Translations under genes and position numbers: made by a program | Part shown: positions 1 to 15,228 of the stretch, piece after piece | Position numbering within the stretch: the first letter of the stretch is position 1 | Layout of the letters: every line of letters starts with the position of its first letter | Assembly: GCA_002269645.1 (NCBI GenBank) | Contig: NIVC01000461.1 | Coordinates: forward strand, 496,001 to 560,000 | Direction of reading: 5' to 3' | DNA length: 64,000 bases | DNA from: Macrostomum lignano | Lineage: Eukaryota | Notes under the pieces: model-generated | What the model was told of the DNA's origin: nothing | Seen by the model: the letters and a program-made list of their open reading frames with translations, nothing else | Database searches by the model: none

Positions 1-3000
1 TCACACAGAGGAGCCAGAGTGATGGGGCTGCAGCATCACACAGAGGAGCCAGAGTGATGGGGCTGCAGCATCACACAGAGGAGCCAGAGTGATGGGGCTG
101 CAGCATCACACAGAGGAGCCAGTGATGGGGCTGCAGCATCACACAGAGGAGCTAGAGTGATGAGGCTGCAGCAGAGGAGCCAGAGTGATGAGGCTGCAGC
201 AGAGGAGCCAGAGTGATGAGGCTGCAGCATCACACAGAGGAGCCAGAGTGATGGGGCTGCAGCATTACACAGAGGAGCCAGAGTGATGAGGCTGCAGCAT
301 CACACAGAGGAGCCAGAGTGATGGGGCTGCAGCATCACACAGAGGAGCCAGTGATGGGGCTGCAGCATCACACAGAGGAGCTAGAGTGATGAGGCTGCAG
401 CAGAGGAGCCAGAGTGATGAGGCTGCAGCAGAGGAGCCAGAGTGATGAGGCTGCAGCATCACACAGAGGAGCCAGAGTGATGGGGCTGCAGCATTACACA
501 GAGGAGCCAGAGTGATGAGGCTGCAGCATCACACAGAGGAGCCAGAGTGATGGGGCTGCAGCATCACACAGAGGAGCCAGAGTGATGGGGCTGCAGCATC
601 ACACAGAGGAGCCAGAGTGATGGGGCTGCAGCATTACACAGAGGAGCCAGAGTGATGGGGCTGCAGCATCACACAGAGGAGCCAGAGTAATGGGGCTGCA
701 GCATTACACAGAGGAGCCAGAGTGATGGGGCTGCAGCATTACACAGAGGAGCCAGAGTGATGGGGCTGCAGCATTACACATAGGAGTCAGAGTGATGGGG
801 CTGCAGCATCACACAGAGGAGCCAGAGTGATGAGGCTGCAGCATCACACAGAGGAGCCAGAGTGATGGGGCTGCAGCATCACACAGAGGAGCTAGAGTGA
901 TGAGGCTGCAGCAGAGGAGCCAGAGTGATGGGGCTGCAGCATCACACAGAGGAGCCAGAGTGATGGGGCTGCAGCATCACACAGAGGAGCCAGAGTGATG
1001 GGGCTGCAGCATCACACAGAGGAGCCAGTGATGGGGCTGCAGCATCACACAGAGGAGCCAGAGTGATGGGGCTGCAGCATCACACAGAGGAGCCAGAGTG
1101 ATGGGGCTGCAGCATCACACAGAGGAGCCAGAGTAATGGGGCTGCAGCATCACACAGAGGAGCCAGAGTGATGGGGCTGCAGCATTACACAGAGGAGCCA
1201 GAGTGATGGGGCTGCAGCATCACACAGAGGAGCCAGAGTGATGGGGCTGCAGCATCACACACAGAGGAGCCAGAGTGATGGGGCTGCAGCATTACACAGA
1301 GCCAGAGTGATGGGGCTGCAGCATCACACAGAGGAGCCAGAGTGATGGGGCTGCAGCATCACACAAAGGAGCCAGAGTGATGGGACTGCAGCATTACACA
1401 GAGGAGCCAGAGTGATGGGGCTGCAGCATCACACAGAGGAGCTAGAGTGATGGGGCTGCAGCATCACACAAAGGAGCCAGAGTGATGGGGCTGCAGCATC
1501 ACACAGAGGAGCTAGAGTGATGGGGCTGCAGCATCACACAGAAGAGCCAGAGTGATGGCGCTGCAGCACACAGAGGAGCCAGAGTGATGGGGCTGCAGCA
1601 TCACACAGAGGAGCCAGAGTAATGGGGCTGCAGCATCACACAGAGGAGCCAGAGTGATGGGGCTGCAGCATCACACAGAGGAGCCAGAGTGATGGGGCCG
1701 CAGCATCACACAGAGGAGCCAGAGTGATGGGGCTGCAGCATCACACAGAGGAGCCAGAGTGATGGGGCTGCAGCATCACACAGAGGAGCCAGAGTAATGG
1801 GGCTGCAGCATCACACAGAGGAGCCAGAGTGATGGGGCTGCAGCATTACACAGAGGAGCCAGAGTGATGGGGCTGCAGCATTACACAGAGGAGCCAGAGT
1901 GATGGGGCTGCAGCATCACACACAGAGGAGCCAGAGTGATGGGGCTGCAGCATTACACAGAGCCAGAGTGATGGGGCTGCAGCATCACACAGAGGAGCCA
2001 GAGTGATGGGGCTGCAGCATCACACAAAGGAGCCAGAGTGATGGGACTGCAGCATTACACAGAGGAGCCAGAGTGATGGGCTGCAGCATCACACAGAGGA
2101 GCTAGAGTGATGGGGCTGCAGCATCACACAAAGGAGCCAGAGTGATGGGGCTGCAGCATCACACAGAGGAGCTAGAGTGATGGGGCTGCAGCATCACACA
2201 GAAGAGCCAGAGTGATGGCGCTGCAGCACACAGAGGAGCCAGAGTGATGGGGCTGCAGCATCACACAGAGGAGCCAGAGTAATGGGGCTGCAGCATCACA
2301 CAGAGGAGCCAGAGTAATGGGGCTGCAGCATCACACAGAGGAGCCAGAGTGATGGGGCTGCAGCATCACACAGAGGAGCCAGAGTGATGGGGCCGCAGCA
2401 TCACACAGAGGAGCCAGAGTGATGGGGCTGCAGCATCACACAGAGGAGCCAGAGTGATGGGGCTGCAGCATCACACAGAGGAGCCAGTGATGGGGCTGCA
2501 GCATCACACAGAGGAGCTAGAGTGATGAGGCTGCAGCAGAGGAGCCAGAGTGATGAGGCTGCAGCAGAGGAGCCAGAGTGATGGGGCTGCAGCATCACAC
2601 AGAGGAGCCAGTGATGGGGCTGCAGCATCACACAGAGGAGCTAGAGTGATGAGGCTGCAGCAGAGGAGCCAGAGTGATGAGGCTGCAGCAGAGGAGCCAG
2701 AGTGATGAGGCTGCAGCATCACACAGAGGAGCCAGAGTGATGGGGCTGCAGCATTACACAGAGGAGCCAGAGTGATGAGGCTGCAGCATCACACAGAGGA
2801 GCCAGAGTGATGGGGCTGCAGCATCACACAGAGGAGCCAGAGTGATGGGGCTGCAGCATCACACAGAGGAGCCAGAGTAATGGGGCTGCAGCATTACACA
2901 GAGGAGCCAGAGTGATGGGGCTGCAGCATTACACAGAGGAGCCAGAGTAATGGGGCTGCAGCATCACACAGAGGAGCCAGAGTGATGAGGCTGCAGCATC

Positions 3001-3317
3001 ACACAGAGGAGCCAGAGTGATGGGGCTGCAGCATCACACAGAGGAGCTAGAGTGATGAGGCTGCAGCAGAGGAGCCAGAGTGATGGGGCTGCAGCATCAC
3101 ACAGAGGAGCCAGAGTGATGGGGCTGCAGCATCACACAGAGAAGCCAGAGTGATGGGGCTGCAGCATCACACAGAGGAGCCAGTGATGGGGCTGCAGCAT
3201 CACACAGAGGAGCCAGAGTGATGAGGCTGCAGCAGAGGAGCCAGAGTGATGAGGCTGCAGCAGAGGAGCCAGAGTGATGGGGCTGCAGCATTACACAGAG
3301 GAGCCAGAGTGATGAGG
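1..3317. repeat. 35-bp minisatellite (CAGCATCACACAGAGGAGCCAGAGTGATGGGGCTG) with shorter deletion variants, inside PSMD3 intron 3
   Basis: Directly visible tandem array running off the left edge. A ~661-bp higher-order duplication is marked by the ACACACAGAGG variant near 1260 and 1921. Confidence 0.97.
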
Positions 3318-3394
3318 CAGTAGCAGCAGGAGATAAAGTGATGGAGTGTGGAGAGCCAGCAGTACACAGGTGCCGATCAATTCGGAGGCCTCAC

Positions 3395-5474
3395 CTGCAG
3401 GCAGAAGTTGATCCGCTGCTGAAACTGGTCAGCAGGCTCGGCAGTGCCATAGAGATCGGCGGTCTCCCGGCTGCTCAAGGTGCCGGCCTTGTGATCGATG
3501 GTGGCTTCAATCACGCCGTCGCGGATAGCCTTGGCGGCCACGTATTCGGCTTCCTCGGCCGAGTCCAGCTGCAGCTTGGAGGCCACGGCGGCCAGGGAGA
3601 TGCGGCTGTAGGACAGGGCAACCTGTCGGACGCCGACCTTAATGACATTGTGCCGTAGGCGGACGCACAGCAGCCAGGTGTTGTCGGCTTTGAAGCGGGC
3701 CGCATTATCGCGTAGTACGGTGTTGAATTCGGCCAGCCGGCCGGATCGGACAGCCTGGGTGAGGCGCAGGTAGGGCGCCAGCGGCCGGCGGAGGCCCTGC
3801 TCACGGAACGCCTGACGATCGGGGGTCTCGCCAATTAGAAGTTGCACCACCACCTGCAGAGTTGGATAAGTTAATAGCTTTCAATAAAAGTACTTTACTA
3901 AGAATCACAGTTACAGTATAAAGTGCTAGGGAGTACTGGGCAAGCCCAATCAAAAGAGAATCGCGTGACAAAAGTTGTCAGGAAGCTGTACACCAGATGG
4001 AAACGGTACCTAGGCCAACAAGCATCCCAGAGTAATTTTAGAGTTGTTGCAGGTAACACAGGTAAAATAGGAAAGAAGTGACTCCAGACATCTCTAAAAC
4101 GACATGCAAGAAGTCACGGTACAGGTCGTCAAAAAGTCGTCAAAGAGTCGCCTAAGAGTCAATTTGAGGCGTTTTATTGCCAGGGACTCAGAAACGACTT
4201 TGGGGCCGTAGAGTCGTTATCACTACGCTACATATCGGTAGTCAATAGTTATTTCTCAACAATGGCATGGACAGTAGGCAGTATACAAACCTGCAGTTTG
4301 GTGCAAATCTGCCGAAATCCCAGAGCCCGCTGACCGCTGGCAGCTTTGCGCAGCGCCTGCTGCAGGTGCTGGGCGGCCCGGCTGTACTGCAGTTGAGCGG
4401 CCCGAATCCGGCCCAGGTAGAAATGATACCTGGCCAGCTCGTGATTCGGCGCCAGCTCGGGAAAGGCGCACTTGTCAACTAGCCTGGCGGCCTGGTCTAG
4501 CAGGCGGTCCATCAGGTAGGAGCGCAGCAGGCAGTTGGTGAGGGTGGCGCAGCCGTGCCAGTCCTGGCGCAGGGTGCAGGTGCGCAGCCGCTGCAGCATC
4601 TGGGGCCGCACGGTGGACAGCTGGCCGGCTAATTCGTGCGATCTGGCGTAATAGAAATAAGCCCGGGCGGTCAGCATGTCCAGGGTGCGCCTGTTGAACT
4701 GGCCGGTGCGTTGCCATAGCAACTGGGAACAGCTAACGGCCTCAGCCTGGCGATTCGAGTCGAGCAGGTGTAGCAGCAGCAATAGGTGAAGAAACACTTC
4801 CGTCTCTGGGAGCAGGCGGCGGGAGGCCTGAGCGCTCTGGCCTGTTCGGGGGAAGGGGAAGGTTTGCAGTTTGAAACTCTGCATAAAGGGTTTTACGTGA
4901 ATATCACTCTGACTAGTGTGACCGTCGACGTGACACTCAAATGTGATAGTCTAATAAACAGTCACCAGTGTGACTGTCGCTGTGATGGTCGAATAAACAG
5001 TCACCAGTGTGACCGTCGATGTGACACTCAAATTTGTGACCGTCGATGTGACACTAAAATGTGACAGTCCCACTTTTATACAGCTTGTATCCGGAAACTT
5101 AAAAAACAACACACAGTCTCACCGGAACCGGAACTGGCAGCCGACAGGAAGGCCAGGAAGGCGTCTTTGCTGGGCGACACGCCGGGGAAGTAGGCCTGGG
5201 CCAGGCGGAGCAGCACGGCCTCGTTCAGGCGACGCCTGAGCGGCACCAGCGAGCGAACAGTTCGAGTCATAAACCGAGTCTCCTTGGTCTGCACAGCCTT
5301 CTCAATGTGCCGCACCTGCTCTTTGATGTCCTCGAGGGTCAGCGTGTCAGCGTCGGCCCTGGCCGCCTCGTCGTCACCCATTTCAACGTCCTCGTTGGTG
5401 GCAGCCGTCTTCGCCGCCGAAGCCGCCTGCTGCTGCTGCTGCGTCTTTTTTAATTCGCCGTTTGGGGTGCCCAT
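3395..5474 (-). CDS. PSMD3: 26S proteasome regulatory subunit Rpn3/PSMD3, exons 1-3 (last exon(s) beyond the left edge)
   Basis: Exons 5474-5123, 4841-4291 and 3853-3395 with GT-AG junctions in compatible phase (1, then 0). Motifs LPETEVFLHLL, NHELARYHFYLGRIRAAQLQY, RLRHNVIKVGVRQVALSYSRISL, EYVAAKAIRDGVIEA and QRINFCL match the Rpn3 PCI family (recognised from memory, no search run). Confidence 0.95.
4040..4220 (-). repeat. Dispersed intronic repeat, homologous to 54160-54300
   Basis: Its reverse complement aligns by eye with the DUSP intron copy, e.g. GTCGTTTTAGAGATGTCTGGAGTCACTTCTTTCCTATTTTACCTG vs GTCGTTTTAGAGTTGTCTGGAGACACTTCTTTCCTAGTTTACCTG. Confidence 0.8.
4911..5066. repeat. Short degenerate tandem repeat (GTGACCGTCGATGTGACACTCAAAT-like) in PSMD3 intron 1
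   Basis: Several imperfect copies are visible. Confidence 0.75.
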
Positions 5475-5600
5475 ATTGCTTTATCTGTTGTGACTGGAGT
5501 CTGGCTTGCAGGAGGGAACTGAGCCGAGCATGCAGTATGGGGAAGCTAATGCCGGTGACGATGGTGCTGTATCTGGTTAGCCCACTTATCTAAGAGTGCC

Positions 5601-6793
<1,193 letters not shown>

Positions 6794-7499
6794 TTATTAT
6801 TTGTTGGATGAGCTCATTATATCAAGACTCTAGAACAAGACACAACAATCGAGTTGCAATAAATTCGATATTTTTACCAGTCAGTTATTGCAAAATTGAT
6901 TACAGCGGCAAGGCAGAGAAATTTGCAGATGAAAGTTGGTCAAGATTTATAAATACCGGATATGCAGCATGGCAGTGCAATACTGTGTAAATAAATATGT
7001 ACAACTTTAGCATCGAGCAACAAGAATTAACCATATGCATATAATAAGCGTTGTTTCTAGCAGGTAAAAATAAGCTGAAGAAATTCGGTACTATTCAATT
7101 CAAAGCAGACAAGCAAGAAATAAGCAGAGCAAACTGGCAATATAAGCGAGTGAGTCAGAAACAGATCACTAATAAATAACCGATTGACAACACTGAAAAT
7201 ATGGCAAATCAATGGCCAATGACAGCAATTAGTAGAGCTACTATATAAGTATCGATAACGTCAATTAAAAAATCAGCAAACTAGTCATGGTGGTTTCGTG
7301 GCTGCTGTTTCTTCTTCTTCAAGAACCCGCTGTACACAATTGAAGAAGAAATGAAATGAATTGTTCGAATCTAATAAAGCACTACTAGGAGCTATTTAGT
7401 AAATACCAAAGCTTGTGAAAGATGCTATTATCATATGTGATAATGATGAGATTGTATGATTAGAAATTACCATGCGAGCGGTGTGTGACTAAGACATTA

Positions 7500-7755
7500 A
7501 GACAGACAGTAAGACAGACAGGCAGATAGACAGACACTAACAGACAGACACTGAGACAAGGCAGACAGACACTAAGACAGACAGGCACTAAGACAGACAG
7601 ACACTAAGGCAAACAGACAGACAGACAGGGCAGACACTAATACAGACAGACACTGAGACAAGACAGACACTAAGACAGACAGACAGACAGACACTAACAG
7701 ACAGACAGGCAGACAGGCAAGACACCAAGACAGACAGACACTAAGACAGGCACTA

Positions 7756-7812
<57 letters not shown>

Positions 7813-7915
7813 CTTAAACAGGCAGACACTAAGACAGGCACTAAGACAGACAGGCACTAAGACAGGCAGACACTAAGGCAAACAGACAGACAGACAGACA
7901 GACATGCAGACACTA
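7500..7915. repeat. (GACA)n microsatellite with CACTAA interruptions
   Basis: Visible array. Confidence 0.95.
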
Positions 7916-8749
7916 AAGAAACATAGTCCTTTCGAAGACTAACGATACACATATAGTATTACTAGTAGTATTTATAACACATCTGCTAATTTCTGAATCC
8001 TAAAATCGATTACATAAAACTACGAAGCGCTTAGTGGTTTTTCAAAACCGAATTTAAGCTCAAGGCAGTAAAAAGTCACTTTAGACAAAACAGAATTTCT
8101 AGGAATGAACAAATCTGAACTTTGCACACTGCAAATTCTATGTACAGTAAAACATTATAGCAATTCAATGCTTATAGTCTGGGCATGATATCAACCAACA
8201 AAGCATCTGTAGCCCATGAGACAAGTGACGGACGAGCGCAAAAACGCACACCTTTGAAAATCATATTTTTTTGTAAACCGGAGCTAGGCAAGAGAGAAAA
8301 GATAAATCCATAACTATATTTTAGTGACTAAAACACTGAGCGATAATATAATATGTCCCGAATACATTTGGTTCGCATGCATTAGGTGAATACACGAGAT
8401 GGATTGAGGGATTTATTTATCACCGGTGGGAGGGGAAGGGCATATATCCCAATCGAAAAATGTGCGAAAAATGGAGCTGGGCATAAAAATACTGCAAAGT
8501 CTGATAGAACAAACTCAAATAGATTACACGGCACTATTAACTTAGTTATTAATCTACTTGTGCATTAAAATAAAACTTCACCTTATAAGCACAAATATTA
8601 TGCATTAACTAGTATTTAATCAGACGTATAAAAAGGATTAAATTTGCGTGCGCCCAAATACCGCTACTTAGTAGGGTAGTGCGCATTTTGCTGTAAAAAA
8701 TAAATTGTTTAACTAAGCTTAGGTCTGAAGCAGTGGGAATAATGGTAGA

Positions 8750-8853
8750 TTGTGTATATGGTTTTGGAGGTAGACAATGATAAAATTTTCACGAGTGGCG
8801 AAGCCACGAGTGACTAAAATTTATCATTGTCTATGACAAAACCATATACACAA
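8750..8853. repeat. ~104-bp imperfect palindrome centred on GTGGCGAAGCCAC (foldback element remnant)
   Basis: Arms TTGTGTATATGGTTTTG..TAGACAATGATAAAATTT and AAATTTATCATTGTCTA..CAAAACCATATACACAA are reverse complements. Confidence 0.8.
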
Positions 8854-9040
8854 ACACATTGTCTCATGAATGTATTTTTAGAAGCCTAAAATAATGATCC
8901 CTAAGCGTGGAATAATGAGCGTACAGCATGACACAATGTAAAAATGGAGTATGATGTATTAACAAGCAGTGAGTTTGAGTCTTTTCGCTAGCCTTAGGGT
9001 CATTTATCCTTGAATGCGGGATGCATAGAAACAGTTAGAT

Positions 9041-9745
9041 AGCGATTCCACATGGGTTTAAAGGGCGATTCCACGTGGGTTTAGAGTGCGATTCCACATT
9101 AGTTTAGAGTGCGATTCCACCTGGGTTTAGAGTGCGATTCCACGTGGGTTTAGAGTGCGATTCCACATTGGTTTAGAGTGCGATTCCACCTGGGTTTAGA
9201 GTGCGATTCCACCTGGGTTTAGAGTGCGATTCCACATTAGTTTAGAGTGCGATTCCACCTGGGTTTAGAGTGCGATTCCACGTGGGTTTAGAGTGCGATT
9301 CCACATTGGTTTAGAGTGCGATTCCACCTGGGTTTAGAGTGCGATTCCACCTGGGTTTAGAGTGCGATTCCACATTAGTTTAGAGTGCGATTCCACCTGG
9401 GTTTAGAGTGCGATTCCACGTGGGTTTAGAGTGCGATTCCACATTGGTTTAGAGTGCGATTCCACCTGGGTTTAGAGTGCGATTCCACGTGGGTTTAGAG
9501 TGCGATTCCACCTGGCTTTAGAGGGCGATTCCACGTGGGTTTAGAGGGCGATTCCACGTGGGTTTAGAGTGCGATTCCACCTGGGTTTAGAGTGCGATTC
9601 CACGTGGGTTTAGAGTGCGATTCCACCTGGCTTTAGAGGGCGATTCCACGTGGGTTTAGAGTGCGATTCCACCTGGGTTTAGAGTGCGATTCCACCTGGG
9701 TTTAGAGTGCGATTCCACCTGGGTTTAGAGAGCGATTCTACAAGG
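9041..9745. repeat. 23-bp minisatellite (GCGATTCCACCTGGGTTTAGAGT) downstream of LMBR1
   Basis: About 30 visible tandem units. Confidence 0.97.
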
Positions 9746-9887
9746 GCTTATTACTCGTAAAGGGCGATTTTATGTACAAGAATTTAGAATGCGATTGGAC
9801 AGAGTATAAAATCATGTCACCCAATACTACACAATGATATTGTATAAAGGACTTTAAAAATCATAAGCCATATATTATCCAGCCAAA

Positions 9888-12015
9888 TCAGTCAGACTTT
9901 GTAGACACAGTGGAAGCGGCGGCCGGGGATGCGCCGGGACTATAGAGGAACACCCTGGCCCATTGCTGCTGTTGTACGTCTGGCCAAACTTTTCGCGCAA
10001 AATGATTGACAACGCAGAGCGCAGTGGCGAAAGCGAAAACCAGGTCGTAAATGAGAATCAATGGCAGATTATCTAGCCAATAGTCTGACGCGGAGTCGAA
10101 CGTGCCAAGCAGCGAGAAAGTGGTAATACCCAACAGGCGAGCCTGCAGCGGCAGAGCCGAAGCGCTCAGCAATAGGCAGAACGCATTGAGCAGCATGTGC
10201 ATCAGAGGCGTGTCGCGAGGTCGCAGAGCGCGCCGCTTCATCGGGCCCAAAGAGTAGAGGCCCGTGAGGCTGCATGCGAGGCTGTGCAGCACCAGTGCGG
10301 TCTGCAGCAGGGCGCCCAGGCCGCCTAGAGAGGACAGGGAGCGAACGCCGAAGCTGAAGGCTGCTCCGTGCAGATGATGCTGGCTTTGATGAAGCGAATC
10401 GGCCTGCTGATGCTGAGTCAAGCCGGCGGCCAGTCGGAGCAGATGATGAGCAATAAAAAGAAATTCTAACAAAGTTAGAAGCAGACTGCAGCACAACAGA
10501 GCCAGGTGGGCAAGCAGTCTGGCAGGTGAGAACACGGCCATCTGCTGGGCTGCTGAAGCATTTACCTGTTGCTGCTGCTGAGGTCCGATTCGTAGGCAAA
10601 ACTCGGAGGGCGCTGTAGCCCGGTGCAGCTGTTCCAGTTGGCTGCGCAGCCGATCGTTCGGACGGTTGGCCAGGCGGGCCTTCAACTGGGCGCTGGCGCC
10701 GCGGAATGCGAATAGCAGCAGGTAGACGTGGCCCATCGGGGTGCACAGCAGCAGCAGCAGCACTGAGCAGAATGACACCAGCGAGAATAGGGCTGGCAAA
10801 TATACCTGCGGGTGTGGGATGGAGAGGCTGGTTGCTGTAGATACTTAGGATGAGCAAGACTGGAGAGCGCTGTTGGTGACGCTATTGGGAGCATTGTTGG
10901 TGACGCTATTGGGAGCACTGTTGGTGACGCAACTAGGGGCACTGTTGGTGACGCAACTAGGAGCACTGTTGGTGACGCAACTGGGAGCACTGTTGGTGAT
11001 GCTATTGGGAGAAATGTTGGTGATGCTATTGGGAGCATTGTTGGTGACGCTATTGGTAGCATTGTTGGTGACGCAACTGGGAGCACTGTTGGTGACGCTA
11101 TTGGGAGCACTGTTGGTGACGCAACTAGGGGCACTGTTGGTGACGCAACTAGGAGCACTGTTGGTGACGCAACTAGGAGCACTGTTGGTGACGCAACTAG
11201 GAGCACTGTTGGTGACGCTATTGGGAGCATAGTTGGTGACGCTATTGGGAGCATTGTTGGTGACGCTATTGGGAGCGCTGTTGGTGACGCTATTGGGAGC
11301 ACTGTTGGTGACGCTATTGGGAGCGCTGTTGGTGACGCTATTGGGAGCATTGTTGGTGACGCCATTGGGAGCGCTGTTGGTGACGCTATTGGGAGCACTG
11401 TTGGTGACGCTACTGATTAGGAACATATCGATAACTTACCCGCCACAGGTCCAGAAAGGAGCCATGCCAGAAGAATGCAAACAGGGTAGTGCCCAGACCG
11501 AACAGTACAACGCACAGCAAACAAAAAGTGCACAATGTCTCGTAGAATCTAGCCAGCAAGCCGGGCCTGGAGCCCGGATAGCCTTGGCTCTCAGAGAACA
11601 AATAAGCAAATGGCAGTAGTAAAAAGATGCACAGATTAGCGCTTAGGCTAACCCAGCGCCACAGCTGCAGCACTAGGGTGCCAGTCAGCCATTGCATGTA
11701 AAACGAGTCCGGATAGGCCAATTTCACTTCGTTGCTAATCACCGATAGCGGCAATAGTAGCACTGTTGCTATGGCAACAGCTAGGCTCAGAGTGCAGACT
11801 AACAAAGTAACGGTGTCAACAATGCGCTCCTCGTTGTCCAATCGCAGCAGTTCTGGATCGGCTCGCCGGCAATGCGACAGAGCCTGATAGGCCAGCAGGA
11901 AGAGGACCACAAACAGCAGGCTGCTGATGAGCAGGTCGCGAACGGCTGCGTCGAATAGCTGCGCCTCGGCGCTTGGCGGCGACTCTTCACGCGGCTCTTC
12001 CCATGGGCCTTGCAT
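9888..12015 (-). CDS. LMBR1: LMBR1/LMBR1L-family multipass membrane protein, 2 exons, 497 aa
   Basis: Exons 12015-11440 and 10805-9888 joined in phase 0 (DLWR|VYLPALFS). Motifs LLLPLSVISNEV, YMQWLTGTLV, LLLPFAYLFSESQG, LLLLLCTPMG and SALPLQARLLGITTFSLLG are typical of the family. Paralog identity (LMBR1 vs LMBR1L) cannot be resolved. Confidence 0.92.
10866..11412. repeat. 24-bp minisatellite (TTGGTGACGCTATTGGGAGCACTG) filling the LMBR1 intron
   Basis: Visible array occupying most of intron 10806-11439. Confidence 0.97.
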
Positions 12016-12666
12016 GAGCCAGCGGCCTGCAAGTTAGCGAATTGTGGCAGCGTTATGGGTGGAGGGCGATTTTCGGATGGTAAAGAAAAATATTGCCACT
12101 ACGTTATGAAGCCTTAAAAACAAAAATCACGAAAATACGCAGGTTGCTGATACCATGAAAAGTACGCATACTAGTTTTATTTTAGAGTTTTAATATACTA
12201 GCCAAACTGGTAAGAATTGAATAGGCTAACAATTATAACTGTCCCAAAAAATGACGGACGAATGCAATGCGCCATGTCTGTCTGCCAATTGAAATTACAT
12301 TATGACTAATACGCTCGTAAATACACTTACACACTACTAAATAGTAAGGAACATAATATCATAGCAGATTCTTCTAAGATGTCGCTTATAAAAGCCGTGA
12401 CCTGTTTTTGTATCACGGATTTTAATTAGTACGCAAAACGTTTCGGAGCCAAATAAAAATGATAACTAATTATCTATCTAAAATTTGACATGATTTGACA
12501 AAGTTTTAAGCTGTAGAATTAAGACCAAACTAGCTAACCGTTCTGCATTTAAACCGTATATTAAAAATGAGGAACTGCAATCCGAACTGGAATAGTGGAA
12601 TTTACTTTTAAAGGCTTGATAATCAGACTGGAGGAAGAATTTGGAGATCTCAGTGACAAAGGTTAT

Positions 12667-12702
12667 TGTCTACCTACCTTACCTACCTTTCTATCTGTCT
12701 AC

Positions 12703-12745
<43 letters not shown>

Positions 12746-12822
12746 CCTACCTATCTATCTATCTATCTACCTACCTACCTACCTAACTACCTACCTACCT
12801 ACCCATCTGTCTATCTATCTAC

Positions 12823-12862
<40 letters not shown>

Positions 12863-12883
12863 ATCTATCTATCTATCTATCTA

Positions 12884-12918
<35 letters not shown>

Positions 12919-12933
12919 ATCTATCTATCTATG

Positions 12934-12994
<61 letters not shown>

Positions 12995-13009
12995 ATCTAT
13001 CTATCTATG

Positions 13010-13045
<36 letters not shown>

Positions 13046-13082
13046 ATCTATCTATCTACCTATCTATCTATCATATATCTAC

Positions 13083-13129
<47 letters not shown>

Positions 13130-13146
13130 CCTATCTATCTATCATA

Positions 13147-13178
<32 letters not shown>

Positions 13179-13277
13179 ATATATCTACCTATCTATCTAT
13201 CTATCTATCTATCTATCATATATCTACCTATCTATCATATATCTACCTATCTATCTATCTATTTACCTATTTATCTG

Positions 13278-13326
<49 letters not shown>

Positions 13327-13382
13327 GTACCTATCTGTCTATCTATCTATCATATATCTACCTACCTACCTACCTACCTACA

Positions 13383-13432
<50 letters not shown>

Positions 13433-13536
13433 CCTACCTATCTATCTATCTATCTACCTACCTACCTACCTAACTACCTACCTACCTACCCATCTGTCTA
13501 TCTATCTACCTATCTATCTATCATATATCTACCTAC

Positions 13537-13584
<48 letters not shown>

Positions 13585-13644
13585 ATCTATCTATCTATCT
13601 ATCTATCTATATCTATCTATCTATCTGTCTATCTATCTATCTAC

Positions 13645-13681
<37 letters not shown>

Positions 13682-13718
13682 ATCTATCTATCTACCTATC
13701 TATCTATCATATATCTAC

Positions 13719-13783
<65 letters not shown>

Positions 13784-13858
13784 ATATATCTACCTATCTA
13801 TCATATATCTACCTATCTATCTATCTATCTATCATCTATCTATTTACCTATTTATCTG

Positions 13859-13900
<42 letters not shown>

Positions 13901-13937
13901 ATCTATCTATCTACCTATCTATTTATCATATATCTAC

Positions 13938-14010
<73 letters not shown>

Positions 14011-14047
14011 ATCTATCTATCTACCTATCTATCTATCATATATCTAC

Positions 14048-14098
<51 letters not shown>

Positions 14099-14172
14099 CC
14101 TATCTATCTATCATATATCTATCTATCTATCTATCTATCTATCATATATCTACCTATCTATCATATATCTAC

Positions 14173-14205
<33 letters not shown>

Positions 14206-14230
14206 ATCTATCTATTTACCTATTTATCTG

Positions 14231-14287
<57 letters not shown>

Positions 14288-14341
14288 GTACCTATCTGTC
14301 TATCTATCTATCATATATCTACCTATCTATCATATATCTAC

Positions 14342-14374
<33 letters not shown>

Positions 14375-14399
14375 ATCTATCTATTTACCTATTTATCTG

Positions 14400-14435
<36 letters not shown>

Positions 14436-14509
14436 CCTATCTATCTATCATATATCTATCTATCTATCTATCTATCTATCATATATCTACCTATCTATCA
14501 TATATCTAC

Positions 14510-14584
<75 letters not shown>

Positions 14585-14585
14585 C

Positions 14586-14665
<80 letters not shown>

Positions 14666-14672
14666 GTATCTA
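12667..14672. repeat. (TATC)n/(TACC)n microsatellite, ~2 kb
   Basis: Visible array. An internal block (ACCTAACTACCTACCTACCTACCCATCTGTC) is duplicated near 12781 and 13467. Confidence 0.98.
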
Positions 14673-15228
14673 TTTATACTTTTCGCTTTTCAAATGATCG
14701 ACGGAGCTTATTTGTTTCATACTATCCATATCAAAAAAACGAAGAATAATTTCTAAGTACTTCATAAATGAAGAACTCTAATGGATTATCTGCGAATTGT
14801 TTTGGTGAAATTCCTCAGAATTTCCACACCCTGTTATCAATATATCCACTATTAGTAGATTTACGTCAGAGAACTGATTGTTTTATAATTTTTCTGAGTC
14901 AGTTCCAAGGACCTCTTAATAATAAATCAGGACTGGTTACGAGTCAAATTGGTGCATGCTACACTGCAAATGAGCCGGAGACCGGTAAGAAACGCGCAAT
15001 TGTCGCATCGCCAGTGCATTTAGTATCGCGGTGAATGGAGTTTGGCCATAGACAAATTCAGTCGAGATTTCAGTCTGGTCCTGAATTTACGCTCCTTGGT
15101 CAGTCCCAATCCTATTAAGAAGCTCCCTATTGAGCCGGCAAAAATTCCCACGGGGAACAAACAGAGCAGGAAAAACGCAACTAGAAATGTAAATAGTTTT
15201 AATGCTTTTAATTCCAGTTGACAAATGA

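Noticed and set aside
7280-7375. Possible small minus-strand terminal exon (acceptor TGTGTACAG, purine-rich body)
   Set aside because: No donor or gene could be linked to it, and LMBR1 already ends with an in-frame stop at 9888.
9041-9745. Telomere-like GGGTTTAG motif in the 23-bp satellite
   Set aside because: One motif per longer unit, not a tandem telomeric tract, and the array is interstitial.
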